From positions 128,001-192,000 of the forward strand of contig JAUVNS010000006.1 in the NCBI GenBank assembly GCA_030599585.1: a stretch of 64,000 bases of DNA. Reading direction: 5' to 3'. The translations under genes and the position numbers were made by a program. Under the pieces are notes generated by a model that searched no databases, was not told the origin of the DNA, and saw only the letters and a program-made list of their open reading frames with translations. This document shows, one piece after another, positions 31,824-41,916 of the stretch; positions within the stretch are counted from its first letter, which is position 1, and every line of letters begins with the position of its first letter. The stretch comes from Promethearchaeota archaeon (GTDB lineage Archaea > Asgardarchaeota > Lokiarchaeia > Sigyniarchaeales > SOKP01).

Positions 31824-32423
31824 TTACTTTTGTCCTTCAAACCATTCTTTTTTTGTTAAGCCCCATTTATGTATATCATGATATTCTCCGTCAACATACA
31901 TCGCCTCTTTCACGACCGCTTCTTTGTTTAATCCCAGCTTCTCAGCAGCACGGAGAGATCTTTCATTTGGTGTAAATACACCGGCTTTTACTTTATGCAA
32001 GTTTAATTCTGTAAACGCATATTTAAGCACTAATTGAGCGGCTTCACCTACTATGCCCTTCCCCCAATAATCCGGTTCACCAATCATTGCAAAGATATTA
32101 GCATGACGACTTACCCAATCAATGCGGTTTAATCCAACCTCTCCAATTGGACGCTTATCGCGTTTGTGATAGATAACAAATCCTGCATAATCTCTGATAT
32201 GTCCATGTCCATGTCCATCTGGAACGGCCTCAAGCCTTTTTTTCATATCATCCAGACTCCTTGGCCACATGTTTCTTGAATACCGTCGTACTTTTGGATC
32301 GTTTTTCCATTTACATCTGAGTGCCGCCCATTTGGAGTTTTGTACGACTAAATCAATGGTTTCTCCTTCAATGAAAGGAAAAACTTCTATCTCTTCTTCC
32401 TTCTTTTCTTTTTCTTCTGTCAT
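31824..32423 (-). CDS. RimJ/RimL-family GNAT acetyltransferase (tandem paralogue)
   Basis: Same motifs; shared FPFIEG.TIDLV N-terminus. Confidence 0.92.
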   Translation of the reverse strand: MTEEKEKKEEEIEVFPFIEGETIDLVVQNSKWAALRCKWKNDPKVRRYSRNMWPRSLDDMKKRLEAVPDGHGHGHIRDYAGFVIYHKRDKRPIGEVGLNRIDWVSRHANIFAMIGEPDYWGKGIVGEAAQLVLKYAFTELNLHKVKAGVFTPNERSLRAAEKLGLNKEAVVKEAMYVDGEYHDIHKWGLTKKEWFEGQK

Positions 32424-32677
32424 TTTGATTACCTAAAATTTAAAAAGTTTTCATCAATCTGAATATGAGAAAATAACGAAAAATGGCATTAAAATTTTTC
32501 TATTTATCAATAAGAGGCTTTAATTTGAGTTGATCTTCAATTTAAAACAAAATATACCACGATACCTTGCTCAAAGAGATTATTATTAGTAAAAAATACA
32601 TAAAAAATTAAAGATTCTTCATTCTCTAATAAAAAGTGAAAAAAAAATAAAAAAAATTTTAAAATACGTAAAAATAA

Positions 32678-32890
32678 TTACATCAATTTCATAGCCAAGT
32701 CCATATCGTTAGCAGTTAATTTCTTTCGACCGGCGTGACGAGTCATTTCAAGAGCTTTATTTGTTACTCCTCGGGCAGCTTTTTCAAGATAATCGATTAA
32801 TGCATCGACTGCTTCACGAGCTACCATTTCAGCGCCGTTATCTTTCATTAACTTTCTAACTGGAGACCAGGCAAATACTTTTTTAGCCAT
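32678..32890 (-). CDS. Archaeal histone
   Basis: Histone fold: PVRKLMK..GAEMV...HAGRKKLTANDM. Confidence 0.93.
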   Translation of the reverse strand: MAKKVFAWSPVRKLMKDNGAEMVAREAVDALIDYLEKAARGVTNKALEMTRHAGRKKLTANDMDLAMKLM

Positions 32891-33342
32891 TATTTTATTC
32901 CTCCACTTTTAATTTAGTAATATTTTTTATAAAGTTCCTATGTTTAACTTTGAACTTTATTATATTATATATCTTCATTCAAATATTTAAAAGTTGCTGA
33001 AATTTTTCGATAGGATATGTTTCGGTTAATAATTTCGTCCGATCGACAAAATTGCGATGTGAGAGAAGAAAGGCGATAAGCACACTGCTGAGCTTTTAGA
33101 TCAGAGATTTTTTTTGATTTTGAAATATGTACTAGGATTAATTCAGTTTGATAAAATGCTATACCAACTTATTAAATACCTATTAACGGTATCATATTTC
33201 TCTTGATAAGAAAAATTTGATGATAGAATAAAGCTTTATTTATTGGATAGCACATTGTAAGCATCAATTGTTAAATTTAGAATAAAATGAACTCTAATTT
33301 CTTACCAAAAAAAAGAGAATTAATCAACATTTAATTTGTTCA

Positions 33343-33621
33343 TTACTTTAACTTTCTTCCAATCCAACGAATACCTATATAGCCAATCGCGCCTAGTACA
33401 CCATAAGTGGCACCGTTAATCAGTCCACCCCAGAGGTTGTTAATGGGAATTTCTACCATAATACATGTGAGTTCACAAACCTCGATATATTTAGGAAATA
33501 TTAAGCTTCCTGGCCAGATATTCATTGGAGCAATAAATGTTATAAATAAAACTCCAGTAAAGACGATAAAAATAGTTAGGGTAAAAAATAGATTAAAATA
33601 ACTATCAGCAGGTGACGACAT
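33343..33621 (-). CDS. Small two-TM membrane protein
   Basis: Two hydrophobic segments from MSSPADSY; the longer called ORF overlaps leuB. Confidence 0.6.
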   Translation of the reverse strand: MSSPADSYFNLFFTLTIFIVFTGVLFITFIAPMNIWPGSLIFPKYIEVCELTCIMVEIPINNLWGGLINGATYGVLGAIGYIGIRWIGRKLK

Positions 33622-33728
33622 TTTTACTAACCATGAATATAAGTTTACACAAGAAGAATTAAGAATACTATTTAAATCTTCTATTATAAATACTAAGTAA
33701 ATTTCTAAAAATATACTTGGTAATTGGT

Positions 33729-34793
33729 ATGAAGAAAATAATAGCAATCACTCGTGGCGATGGTTGCGGTCCCGAAGTTGTGAACGAAGGAATTAAAATT
33801 CTCAAGATCGTTTCAGAGTTCACTGACTATGATTTTGAATTTAATGACGCTCCAGCAGGAGGTGAAGTTTGGAAAGTATTTGGTACCAATCTTCCTGAGA
33901 AATCGTTTGATACAATTAAAAAATCTGATGCGCTATTGTTTGGCGCTATTGGTTTGCCTGATTTGCCCCCCGGTGTAGCAGAAAGTGCTATTATGAAAAT
34001 TCGGCAAGGTTTAGATTTATATATTAATTTGAGGCCCGTTAAATTATATGATGTACTTCGCGAGAAATGTCCTTTAAAAAGCGAATTTATAGGAAAGGGT
34101 ATTGATATTACTTTTGTGAGGGAAAATACCGAAGGACTCTATAAGAACATAGGAAAATTGGGAGAAGACTCAGCAGAGAACCTAATGGTTTACTCCAGAG
34201 AGGGTTGTGAGCGAATTATTAAGTTTGCGTTTGAATTTGCAAAAAAAAATCGTCATAAAATTGTTACCTCCGTTGATAAGGCTAATATTTTGAACACAAG
34301 TAAACTATGGAGAAAAATCTTTCACGAAATGAGTGGAGACTATTCAAATATTGAAACAGAAGATATATACATAGATGCATTTACCCAGTGGCTAATAAGA
34401 GCACCTCATAGATTTCAAACTGTAGTCACAGGAAATATGTTTGGGGATATTATTAGCGACGAAGGCGCTTTCCTTGTAGGAAGTCTGGGAATGGGCCCGA
34501 GTGGAAATATTCATCCCGGAAAAGTGTCGATGTACGAACCAATTCACGGCTCGGCCCCCGACATTGCAGGAAAAGGAATTGCTAATCCTATAGGCACTAT
34601 TTTAAGTGTAAAGTTAATGTTCGAAGAATCGTTTCACTCGTCTGAAATAGGAAAGAAAATTGATACTGCAGTTGAAGAGGCTCTATTAGAGGGAAGGACT
34701 ACTGACATTAAAAGCGATAGCTTAAAAACCCTTACTACGATAAAAATGGGTGATCTGATTTCTAGTAAACTTAAAAATAAGCTAAAAGCGTAA
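33729..34793 (+). CDS. leuB: 3-isopropylmalate dehydrogenase (beta-decarboxylating dehydrogenase family)
   Basis: GDGCGPEV, NLRP, VRENTEGLY, VDKANIL, NMFGDIISD, EPIHGSAPDIAGKG. Confidence 0.88.
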   Translation: MKKIIAITRGDGCGPEVVNEGIKILKIVSEFTDYDFEFNDAPAGGEVWKVFGTNLPEKSFDTIKKSDALLFGAIGLPDLPPGVAESAIMKIRQGLDLYINLRPVKLYDVLREKCPLKSEFIGKGIDITFVRENTEGLYKNIGKLGEDSAENLMVYSREGCERIIKFAFEFAKKNRHKIVTSVDKANILNTSKLWRKIFHEMSGDYSNIETEDIYIDAFTQWLIRAPHRFQTVVTGNMFGDIISDEGAFLVGSLGMGPSGNIHPGKVSMYEPIHGSAPDIAGKGIANPIGTILSVKLMFEESFHSSEIGKKIDTAVEEALLEGRTTDIKSDSLKTLTTIKMGDLISSKLKNKLKA

Positions 34794-34800
34794 ATATCTA

Positions 34801-36363
34801 TTATTTTAATTTTCTCGTGGTAACAATAACATCTAGCATTAGTTTCAAATGTTCATATATTTTTTCTCTATAATCTGGACCAATTTTTAGGAATAGAACT
34901 GACACAACTTTCTCTTCTAAATCCTCATCGATTAAAAATTCTTCCATTAACTGAGACCAGTTTTTGTCGTCAGATACTCGAATACCTACAATTACAGCGC
35001 GTTTCTTTCTCACTTTTCTAATAATGTTGATAAGTATATCCTTCCATTTAGGATCAATGTGCTCCCTATCGCGAGCATCGAATATGCAGAAAACTCCATC
35101 CGAATTAGATAGAATAAAATCATCGTAGGCAAAGCTACTTAAAATTAGACCGTTCTTATACGGGTATAATTTTTCTTTAATACTATCTTTTAACTTTGAA
35201 TATTCACCGAGGTTTTCTAAGTTCAAGATCGTTTGGAAGCCCGGATCCCAACTCATGCTTTCAGAGATGAATGTTAATTCTAAGATAACAAGTTCCTTTA
35301 AGGTTGAAAGAATAGCTTCAACTAATTCTTCCCGGATTACATCTTTTTCTTTTTTCTTGGTTTTAATGATGTAGTGATAAGCAATTAATTCAAAAGCGTT
35401 GATCACATTTTCACCGGAGAGAGCACTGGTTTCTATGTAGGATATACCCGTTTCTGATAGAGATTTCGCTAATTCCTCTCCTTCAACTGTGGATACTACT
35501 CTTTGCTTGGATAAATCGACTTTATTTCCCACGATAACCATAGGGATATTTTTTTCATCAATGAGCTGATTTATCTCTTCATGCCAATCTTTGATTTTCT
35601 CAAATGATTCTCTGTTAGTAATATCAAAAACAATAAAGGCCGCTTCTGCGCCCTTGTAGTATATCTTGCGAAATCTTTTGAAATATTGCTGCGCACCTAT
35701 GTCCCATAACTGAACTGAGATTTCGTTTCCTTGAAAGTCAAAATTATGAGCAAAGATGTTAAGGCCAATAGTGGCTCGATAGTCGTGAGAAAACTTTCTT
35801 TCTACGAATTGTCGGATTAGAGAAGTTTTTCCTACCTCGTGGTTTCCTATGATAACAAATTTAAAGTTGTAATTTGCACATTCATCCAATGCTGATTGAC
35901 AAATAGATTCTTTAAGCTTTTCATGCCTTTCTGTTTCAGAATCAAAATCGGGGATATCTAGCTGTATTAATTCGTCCCCATGCATGTGAAGAAGTTGTGC
36001 AACTTTTTCTGCAAGGAAGTACGTATATGGGGCAACTTTTTCAACTGATGCCATGCTATTAAAAACTAAGCTTAAAATTCTTTCTTCGTCAATTGTAATA
36101 AACAATAAGCGATACTCATCCGTATCGAACGAAGCAGTTCCAAATTTCTTGAAGGCAAATTCGTTCCTTATCCTTTCTAAAACGGGATTTATCAGGGTCG
36201 TTAATACTGATACAAGTTCTAGATCACTTTCAGTGTTTTTTTTTTTTTCTCCCGCGATCACGAAACCTTCATGATCTGAAACTATAATTGCCTCAACATC
36301 AGTAAATCTTCCTAGAAAATTGTTAAGAATCTCATCGAACAGTCGTTTTCTATTAACTAACAA
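34801..36363 (-). CDS. Roadblock domain + Rab-like small GTPase + degenerate GTPase-like C-terminal domain
   Basis: IIVSDHEGFVIA roadblock; G1 GNHEVGKTS, G2 ATIG, G3 WDIGAQ, G4 NKVD, G5 ETSAL. Confidence 0.88.
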   Translation of the reverse strand: MLVNRKRLFDEILNNFLGRFTDVEAIIVSDHEGFVIAGEKKKNTESDLELVSVLTTLINPVLERIRNEFAFKKFGTASFDTDEYRLLFITIDEERILSLVFNSMASVEKVAPYTYFLAEKVAQLLHMHGDELIQLDIPDFDSETERHEKLKESICQSALDECANYNFKFVIIGNHEVGKTSLIRQFVERKFSHDYRATIGLNIFAHNFDFQGNEISVQLWDIGAQQYFKRFRKIYYKGAEAAFIVFDITNRESFEKIKDWHEEINQLIDEKNIPMVIVGNKVDLSKQRVVSTVEGEELAKSLSETGISYIETSALSGENVINAFELIAYHYIIKTKKKEKDVIREELVEAILSTLKELVILELTFISESMSWDPGFQTILNLENLGEYSKLKDSIKEKLYPYKNGLILSSFAYDDFILSNSDGVFCIFDARDREHIDPKWKDILINIIRKVRKKRAVIVGIRVSDDKNWSQLMEEFLIDEDLEEKVVSVLFLKIGPDYREKIYEHLKLMLDVIVTTRKLK

Positions 36364-36490
36364 ACGGATACACCTTCAATTTTGAATTAAATCAAGAAGA
36401 AAATATTCTTATCATAATTATAATATAACTTGCTTTTAAAAGTAGTCATTTGAAAATATTAGATTTTGGAGTAAATAATAACGCTGAGTT

Positions 36491-38056
36491 TTACGAATTA
36501 ATCATAGTACTAAACATCACATCAAGCTGATCGTATATTTCCAGTCTATACTCGAAACCAATCTTAAAGAATAGAAGTGAGACCATTTTTTCTTCCAAAT
36601 ATTCATTAATATTAAATTGTTCCATTATATTAGACCAATCGGTTTCATCTGATACTCTTACACCAATTAGAGCAACTTTATTTTCTTTTAAATTGCTTAT
36701 AATGTTCACAACCACATCTTTCCATTTAGGATCGATATTCTTATTGTCCCGTGCGTCAAAGATAACAAAAACACCATCAGAATCTGCAATATCAATATTA
36801 TCAAAAAGAAAATTCTTTACTAGCAATCCATTGGAGTATTGGTACAATCTTTTTTCTTTGTCATCTATTATTTTATCACATTCGCATAAACTATTAACCT
36901 CATTTAAGATTTGTAACCCTGGGCTCCAAAAGGGGTTTTCGGTTATAAATGTGATTACTAATTTCTTATTCTTGTTTAAAATCGAATTAATCTGAATCAT
37001 TAAATTTTCTTTTAATTTTTGTTCTTCTCTTTCTTTACTCTTTATAATATAATGATATGCTATTAGGCTAAACGAATCTTTAATATTTTCACCGGTCAAA
37101 GCGCTGGTTTCAATATAGGAAAAATCGCTATCAGTATTTTCTCGTGTAAGTTCGTCAACTAGCGCCATTCCATCTTTATATTGAACCTTTCTCTGGTCAG
37201 ACAAATCAATTTTATTACCTACAATTACTATTGGTATATTTTTTTTATGGAGAAAATCTTTAAGTTCTTGATACCATACTTTCACATTTGCGAAGGAATC
37301 TCTTTTGCAAACATCGAACACGATGAAAGCAGCTTGAGCGCCTACATAATAAGTCTTTCTAAATCGTTTGAAATATTCTTGTCCACCAAGATCCCAAAGC
37401 GAAAAGTAGACTTCATTTCCATAAAAGCGTATTGAATGAGAGAGGACATTTAAGCCAAGAGTAGACCTATAATCAAGAGAAAATCTATTTTCTACAAATC
37501 TTCTTACAATCGAAGATTTTCCAACAGCTTTATCGCCCACTATTATAAATTTAAACTTATAGATTCCTCCTGAATCTAAACGTAATTGATAAATTTGATC
37601 TTTTATTCTATTGATACTATCAGAAGTATTAGATTCTATTTCGAAATTCGGTATATTGACTTGAATTAAATCGCCTTCGTTTGCAAATATGATTTGAGCT
37701 GTTTTTTCTGCTAGAAAATAAGCGTAAGGGCTAATTTTATCAACAGAAGCTAAAGTGTCTAAAACTACGCTAAGAGTGATATTCTCGTCTATAGAAATAA
37801 AGAGTAATCGATTTTTTTCGGTGTCAAAACTAGCTGATCCAAACTTTTTGAAGGCAAATTCTTCCCGTATTCTTTCTAAAAGTGGATTTATTAATGCGGT
37901 TAATACTGATACTAATTCCATATCAGTGTTTGCTTTTTTTTGGCCAGCTATAATAAATCCTTCTTGATCAGATACAATTAAAGCCTCTACATCATCATTA
38001 ACAAGCAGAAAATTAGTAAGAAGTTCATTAAAAAGTCGTTTTTTGTTTATTGACAT
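36491..38056 (-). CDS. Roadblock domain + Rab-like small GTPase + degenerate GTPase-like domain (paralogue)
   Basis: G1 GDKAVGKSS, G3 WDLGGQ, G4 NKID, G5 ETSAL. Confidence 0.88.
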   Translation of the reverse strand: MSINKKRLFNELLTNFLLVNDDVEALIVSDQEGFIIAGQKKANTDMELVSVLTALINPLLERIREEFAFKKFGSASFDTEKNRLLFISIDENITLSVVLDTLASVDKISPYAYFLAEKTAQIIFANEGDLIQVNIPNFEIESNTSDSINRIKDQIYQLRLDSGGIYKFKFIIVGDKAVGKSSIVRRFVENRFSLDYRSTLGLNVLSHSIRFYGNEVYFSLWDLGGQEYFKRFRKTYYVGAQAAFIVFDVCKRDSFANVKVWYQELKDFLHKKNIPIVIVGNKIDLSDQRKVQYKDGMALVDELTRENTDSDFSYIETSALTGENIKDSFSLIAYHYIIKSKEREEQKLKENLMIQINSILNKNKKLVITFITENPFWSPGLQILNEVNSLCECDKIIDDKEKRLYQYSNGLLVKNFLFDNIDIADSDGVFVIFDARDNKNIDPKWKDVVVNIISNLKENKVALIGVRVSDETDWSNIMEQFNINEYLEEKMVSLLFFKIGFEYRLEIYDQLDVMFSTMINS

Positions 38057-38158
38057 AATCAGTTCAGTGTAATACGAATATATTAGAGTGAAATATTAAA
38101 AACCACATATACTTAAAAGTGATAATTTTATAATTTATTAAATAGTTTTCTGATTGAC

Positions 38159-38734
38159 ATGGTTAGTTGTATAATTTGTCATTTGGGTATTATTGAAGGC
38201 GTAGATTCGTCTCACAATTGTCCGAATGGGCATCAAGCTCACACTGAATGTTTAAAGGAGTGGATACTTCATTCTTCTAATTGTCCAGTATGTAGAGAAC
38301 CGTATTCAAAAGAAGTGCTTGACAAGTTCAAAGATTTTATAAAACTTAGAGAGAATGAAAAGCTAGAAGCATTAGATAACGATCTCAGAATAGATGAGTT
38401 AAAAAAAATGGAAAAAATTGCCTCGAAAATGTCCTTTCTAAAATTTATCGAGTCAATCGATATTCTGATCAACGAACAAGAATATGACTACGCTTTATCA
38501 CGGTTAGACTTACATAATAACGGTAGTAACTCAATCCAAAAGGGCCAAAATATTTTATTTTTAAAAGGTAAGATTAATTACATGAGAGGGCGTTATGATC
38601 TGGCAATTAATCTATTATTTAAATTAGTAAAAGAAAAATACGACCATTCCGAAGGATTCCTTTTCCTTGGAAAGGCATATGAAGCCTTAGGTTTAGATGA
38701 TAAAGCAAAATGGGCGTATGAAAGAGTTAAATAA
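38159..38734 (+). CDS. RING-H2 finger + TPR protein (putative E3 ligase)
   Basis: CIIC...CPNGHQAHTEC...W...CPVC; C-terminal TPR helices. Confidence 0.82.
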   Translation: MVSCIICHLGIIEGVDSSHNCPNGHQAHTECLKEWILHSSNCPVCREPYSKEVLDKFKDFIKLRENEKLEALDNDLRIDELKKMEKIASKMSFLKFIESIDILINEQEYDYALSRLDLHNNGSNSIQKGQNILFLKGKINYMRGRYDLAINLLFKLVKEKYDHSEGFLFLGKAYEALGLDDKAKWAYERVK

Positions 38735-38760
38735 GCTTCTATTTTTACTAATAATATACT

Positions 38761-40167
38761 ATGAAACCTTTTTGTTTAACCATTGCTGGTTCTGATCCTA
38801 CTTCTGGTGCCGGAATTCAAGCTGATATCAGAACTTTTGACAGAATTGGAGTTCATCCTTTCTCTGCAATTACCGCAATTACATATCAAACAGCTACAGA
38901 TTTCTATGGGTTTAAATCGCTCTCAGAGGAATTAGGCGAGCAACTTGACGCTATTTTGAATTCATACCCCATCAAATATGTTAAGATAGGGATGATCCCA
39001 GATAATAAATCCTTAGATATAATAAAAAACGCGATTCTAACTCATAATTTAATTGCTGTTTTAGACCCTGTTAATACATCTAGTGTTGGTGAAAGACTAT
39101 CGAGCGAAGGTCTTGAAATTGAAATTGAAAGAGATATTTTTCCTTTAGTAACTGTTTTAACTCCAAATCTAAATGAAGCAAGTTATTACGCTAATAAAGA
39201 ACTTAAAAATATTACTTCAGATGACTTTAGATCACTCAAAGATGCAGCAGAGATTATCATTAGGAAAATGTATGTAGATCAAGAAATTTCCAAAATTCAG
39301 AAAGCTATTGTAATCAAAAGTGGAGGAAAGGATCAGAATAGCATATTTGACTTGGTTTGTTTGAGTAAGTTAACAAATTCTAAAGAAATTCTCGATTTCA
39401 AGATATTCAAAAAGCGGAAAATATCACTTCAAGGAAACGTACACGGAACAGGATGTGTATTTTCTTCAGCTATTACCGCTTATCTTTCATTAGGAAACCC
39501 TTTAATAACATCTATAGAAAAAACAGAAGCTTTTTTTAACCGTAATTTTCTTAAATTTATAGAATTACCACAAATGGGAAAGATTTTAGATTTAACATTG
39601 GAAACAGAACAGATCGAGGTTATTAATCAGATAAAAGAGATTTATAATTATGTTTCCAACAATACGAAATTTAGGAAGTTAATACCTGAAGTAAGAATGA
39701 ATATTTCGGGTTCTTTACCTAATGCAACTAGTAAAGAAGAAGTAGCGGGAATTGAAGGAAGAATAACAATTATAGGGGGGTATCCACATGCTTCCGGAGA
39801 TGTAAAATTTAATGTATCAGATCATACTGCCCGACTGATTCTTTCAGCAAAAGAATTTGACAACTCGATTAACTTTGTTACAAATCTACGATATAAAGAT
39901 AAGTATGTAAAAAGAATTCAAGAAGAGACAAACTTAAAGACATTTGAATTTTTGAGGCAATCGCAACCAGACGCCATTAAACATGAGGAACGATCTACCA
40001 TGAGATGGCTAATTGAAGAAAGCATAAATAAAATGGGCGAGATACCCGATCTTATTTGGGACAAAGGATCGATCGGTAAAGAACCAATGATTAGGTTGTT
40101 TAGCAAAACTTCCAAGGATATGATTGAAAAATTGATTAAAATTGTAAATGTTATAAATAATGAGTAA
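38761..40167 (+). CDS. thiDN: Bifunctional HMP/HMP-P kinase and thiamine-phosphate synthase ThiN
   Basis: TIAGSDPTSGAGIQAD, TPNLNEA, HGTGC; C-terminal LIPEVRMN...SDH.AR...GKEPMI. Confidence 0.92.
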   Translation: MKPFCLTIAGSDPTSGAGIQADIRTFDRIGVHPFSAITAITYQTATDFYGFKSLSEELGEQLDAILNSYPIKYVKIGMIPDNKSLDIIKNAILTHNLIAVLDPVNTSSVGERLSSEGLEIEIERDIFPLVTVLTPNLNEASYYANKELKNITSDDFRSLKDAAEIIIRKMYVDQEISKIQKAIVIKSGGKDQNSIFDLVCLSKLTNSKEILDFKIFKKRKISLQGNVHGTGCVFSSAITAYLSLGNPLITSIEKTEAFFNRNFLKFIELPQMGKILDLTLETEQIEVINQIKEIYNYVSNNTKFRKLIPEVRMNISGSLPNATSKEEVAGIEGRITIIGGYPHASGDVKFNVSDHTARLILSAKEFDNSINFVTNLRYKDKYVKRIQEETNLKTFEFLRQSQPDAIKHEERSTMRWLIEESINKMGEIPDLIWDKGSIGKEPMIRLFSKTSKDMIEKLIKIVNVINNE

Positions 40168-40215
40168 TAATGTTGTAATATAGAAATAAGGTTACTGGCG
40201 TCAAAACACAAGATT

Positions 40216-41115
40216 TTAACTCATAAGATTTGAAGAGTATTGCTGGACTAAATACTCGATTTTTTCAGCATCTAATTGTTCCTGTTCAAGTTCAGGGCAC
40301 ATGTGTTCAAGATGTGAAAGTAATTCGCTTAATCCTATCTCTGCTTCTTTTATATTGTCACTATCCTCTTCTCTGAGAACTATCGATCCCATTAGGTGGT
40401 CAGTTCGTTTAAAAATTATAATATTACCTTCAAGCCTAATTTGATTTAGTTCAGAGTTAAATGATTCTTTAGCGTATTGGGTAATAGCAGCAAATAAACC
40501 ACCATGCAAAATATCTTGATTGGAAGAAGACGTTAATGGTACTCCGCCTCTATCAAAAACTGTTAATGCTTTAGGAGTTGCCGCATTACCTATCCGTTTT
40601 CCAGTTAGTTTGTAATAAATTTTCGTGAATGCAGGCACAATACCAAATCCTGTTTTGCAGGAAATAGGTAGTATTTCAAATGTGTCAATTTTATGCAAGT
40701 CTAATGCTTTTATAATATCGCCCATGGAAGCTACTGGGGACATGTCAATCTTGTTTGTTAACACAATTAATGGTTTCTTCTTAAAAACTGATGATAGTTT
40801 CCATAATTCATCTTTCGCTTCGTTGAATCTTTCCCGGGCGTAAGCGTCTATCATAAAAATGACACATGAAGCGTTTGAGAGTTCTCCTAACCACATATCT
40901 CTAAAATCTTTTTGACCACCCATGTCCATAAGATTTATAGGAATACCTTGAACTTCTAGCTTAGTTAGCTCCTTTCCCATAGTTGGAGTATGCTTAACGA
41001 ATGTTCCACTTTGGAGAAAACTTACTAAAGTACTTTTTCCTGCATTATCCAACCCACAAATTACAATTTTTTTTTCTTTAGCGAAAAGTTTTTGTAAAAC
41101 ATTTTTAACGCCCAT
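40216..41115 (-). CDS. Arf-like small GTPase with C-terminal roadblock/longin-like domain
   Basis: MG + amphipathic helix, GLDNAGKST, PTMG, DMGGQ, NKID, SCK. Confidence 0.9.
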   Translation of the reverse strand: MGVKNVLQKLFAKEKKIVICGLDNAGKSTLVSFLQSGTFVKHTPTMGKELTKLEVQGIPINLMDMGGQKDFRDMWLGELSNASCVIFMIDAYARERFNEAKDELWKLSSVFKKKPLIVLTNKIDMSPVASMGDIIKALDLHKIDTFEILPISCKTGFGIVPAFTKIYYKLTGKRIGNAATPKALTVFDRGGVPLTSSSNQDILHGGLFAAITQYAKESFNSELNQIRLEGNIIIFKRTDHLMGSIVLREEDSDNIKEAEIGLSELLSHLEHMCPELEQEQLDAEKIEYLVQQYSSNLMS

Positions 41116-41153
41116 AGTCCCTCACATTATTTGTTTATATGATAATTTTTATT

Positions 41154-41223
41154 CTTAGTCCCTTATCCCTTAGACGAGAGATATCTATTAAATAGTAATA
41201 GATTTAATATTTAAACTTAAGTT
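41154..41223 (-). promoter_or_regulatory. Promoter/leader element shared with 43101-43169
   Basis: Minus strand TTTAAATA..TACTATTTAATAGAT..CTAAGGGATAA..CTAAG. Confidence 0.65.
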
Positions 41224-41265
41224 AATTAAAAGAGTTAAAGAATATCTACATAATATAGGATACTT

Positions 41266-41916
41266 TTATTTCTTAGCTGTCAGTTTTGATATCCAAGCAT
41301 TCTGAATTTTTTCTTTTTCATCTTTATCGTGGAAAAGGTGCTTATCGAAAAACTCTAAAACTGCTAAAGTGGAGATAATTATTCCGATAATTCTTAATAT
41401 CTCAGGTATGATTGGAACTTGAAGCATTTTACCTAATCCATATATTAGAAAGAATAATCCAAGTCCAAAGGCAAGCCCATTACGTGTTTTTCTACCTTCT
41501 CTTAACAATATAACTGGAATAATAAAACCGATTATTACAGCATAAGAAATAAATAATATTAGAGTATCATTTATATAAAGCCCAAAACCTATGTAGAAAC
41601 TGGCAACTAATGGAAGCCAATACAATTTCTTCAACTTCTTAAGATAGAAGAAGAAGCGCAATTGAATGCTGAAAATTAATAGGGCAATAATGTTTGATAA
41701 GCTTAATCTGATACCTAAAACCAAATCTAAATCGATGAAAAATAGATTAGTAAGCCGAAAAATTGAATTAAAAAGCATTGCAGCAAAGAAAACTATTAAT
41801 CCAAGATAAATTGATTCCTTAATCTCCAAATAAGTTCTGATAATAATCAGTATTGTAATGACGCAAAAAATCAAAAAAACAATTTCTAGTATTAAAGGGA
41901 ACAACAAATCACTCAT
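41266..41916 (-). CDS. 7TM membrane protein (type B, conserved cytoplasmic tail)
   Basis: Seven hydrophobic segments; homologous to 54328-54978; ATG at 41916 overlaps the upstream gene end. Confidence 0.8.
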   Translation of the reverse strand: MSDLLFPLILEIVFLIFCVITILIIIRTYLEIKESIYLGLIVFFAAMLFNSIFRLTNLFFIDLDLVLGIRLSLSNIIALLIFSIQLRFFFYLKKLKKLYWLPLVASFYIGFGLYINDTLILFISYAVIIGFIIPVILLREGRKTRNGLAFGLGLFFLIYGLGKMLQVPIIPEILRIIGIIISTLAVLEFFDKHLFHDKDEKEKIQNAWISKLTAKK

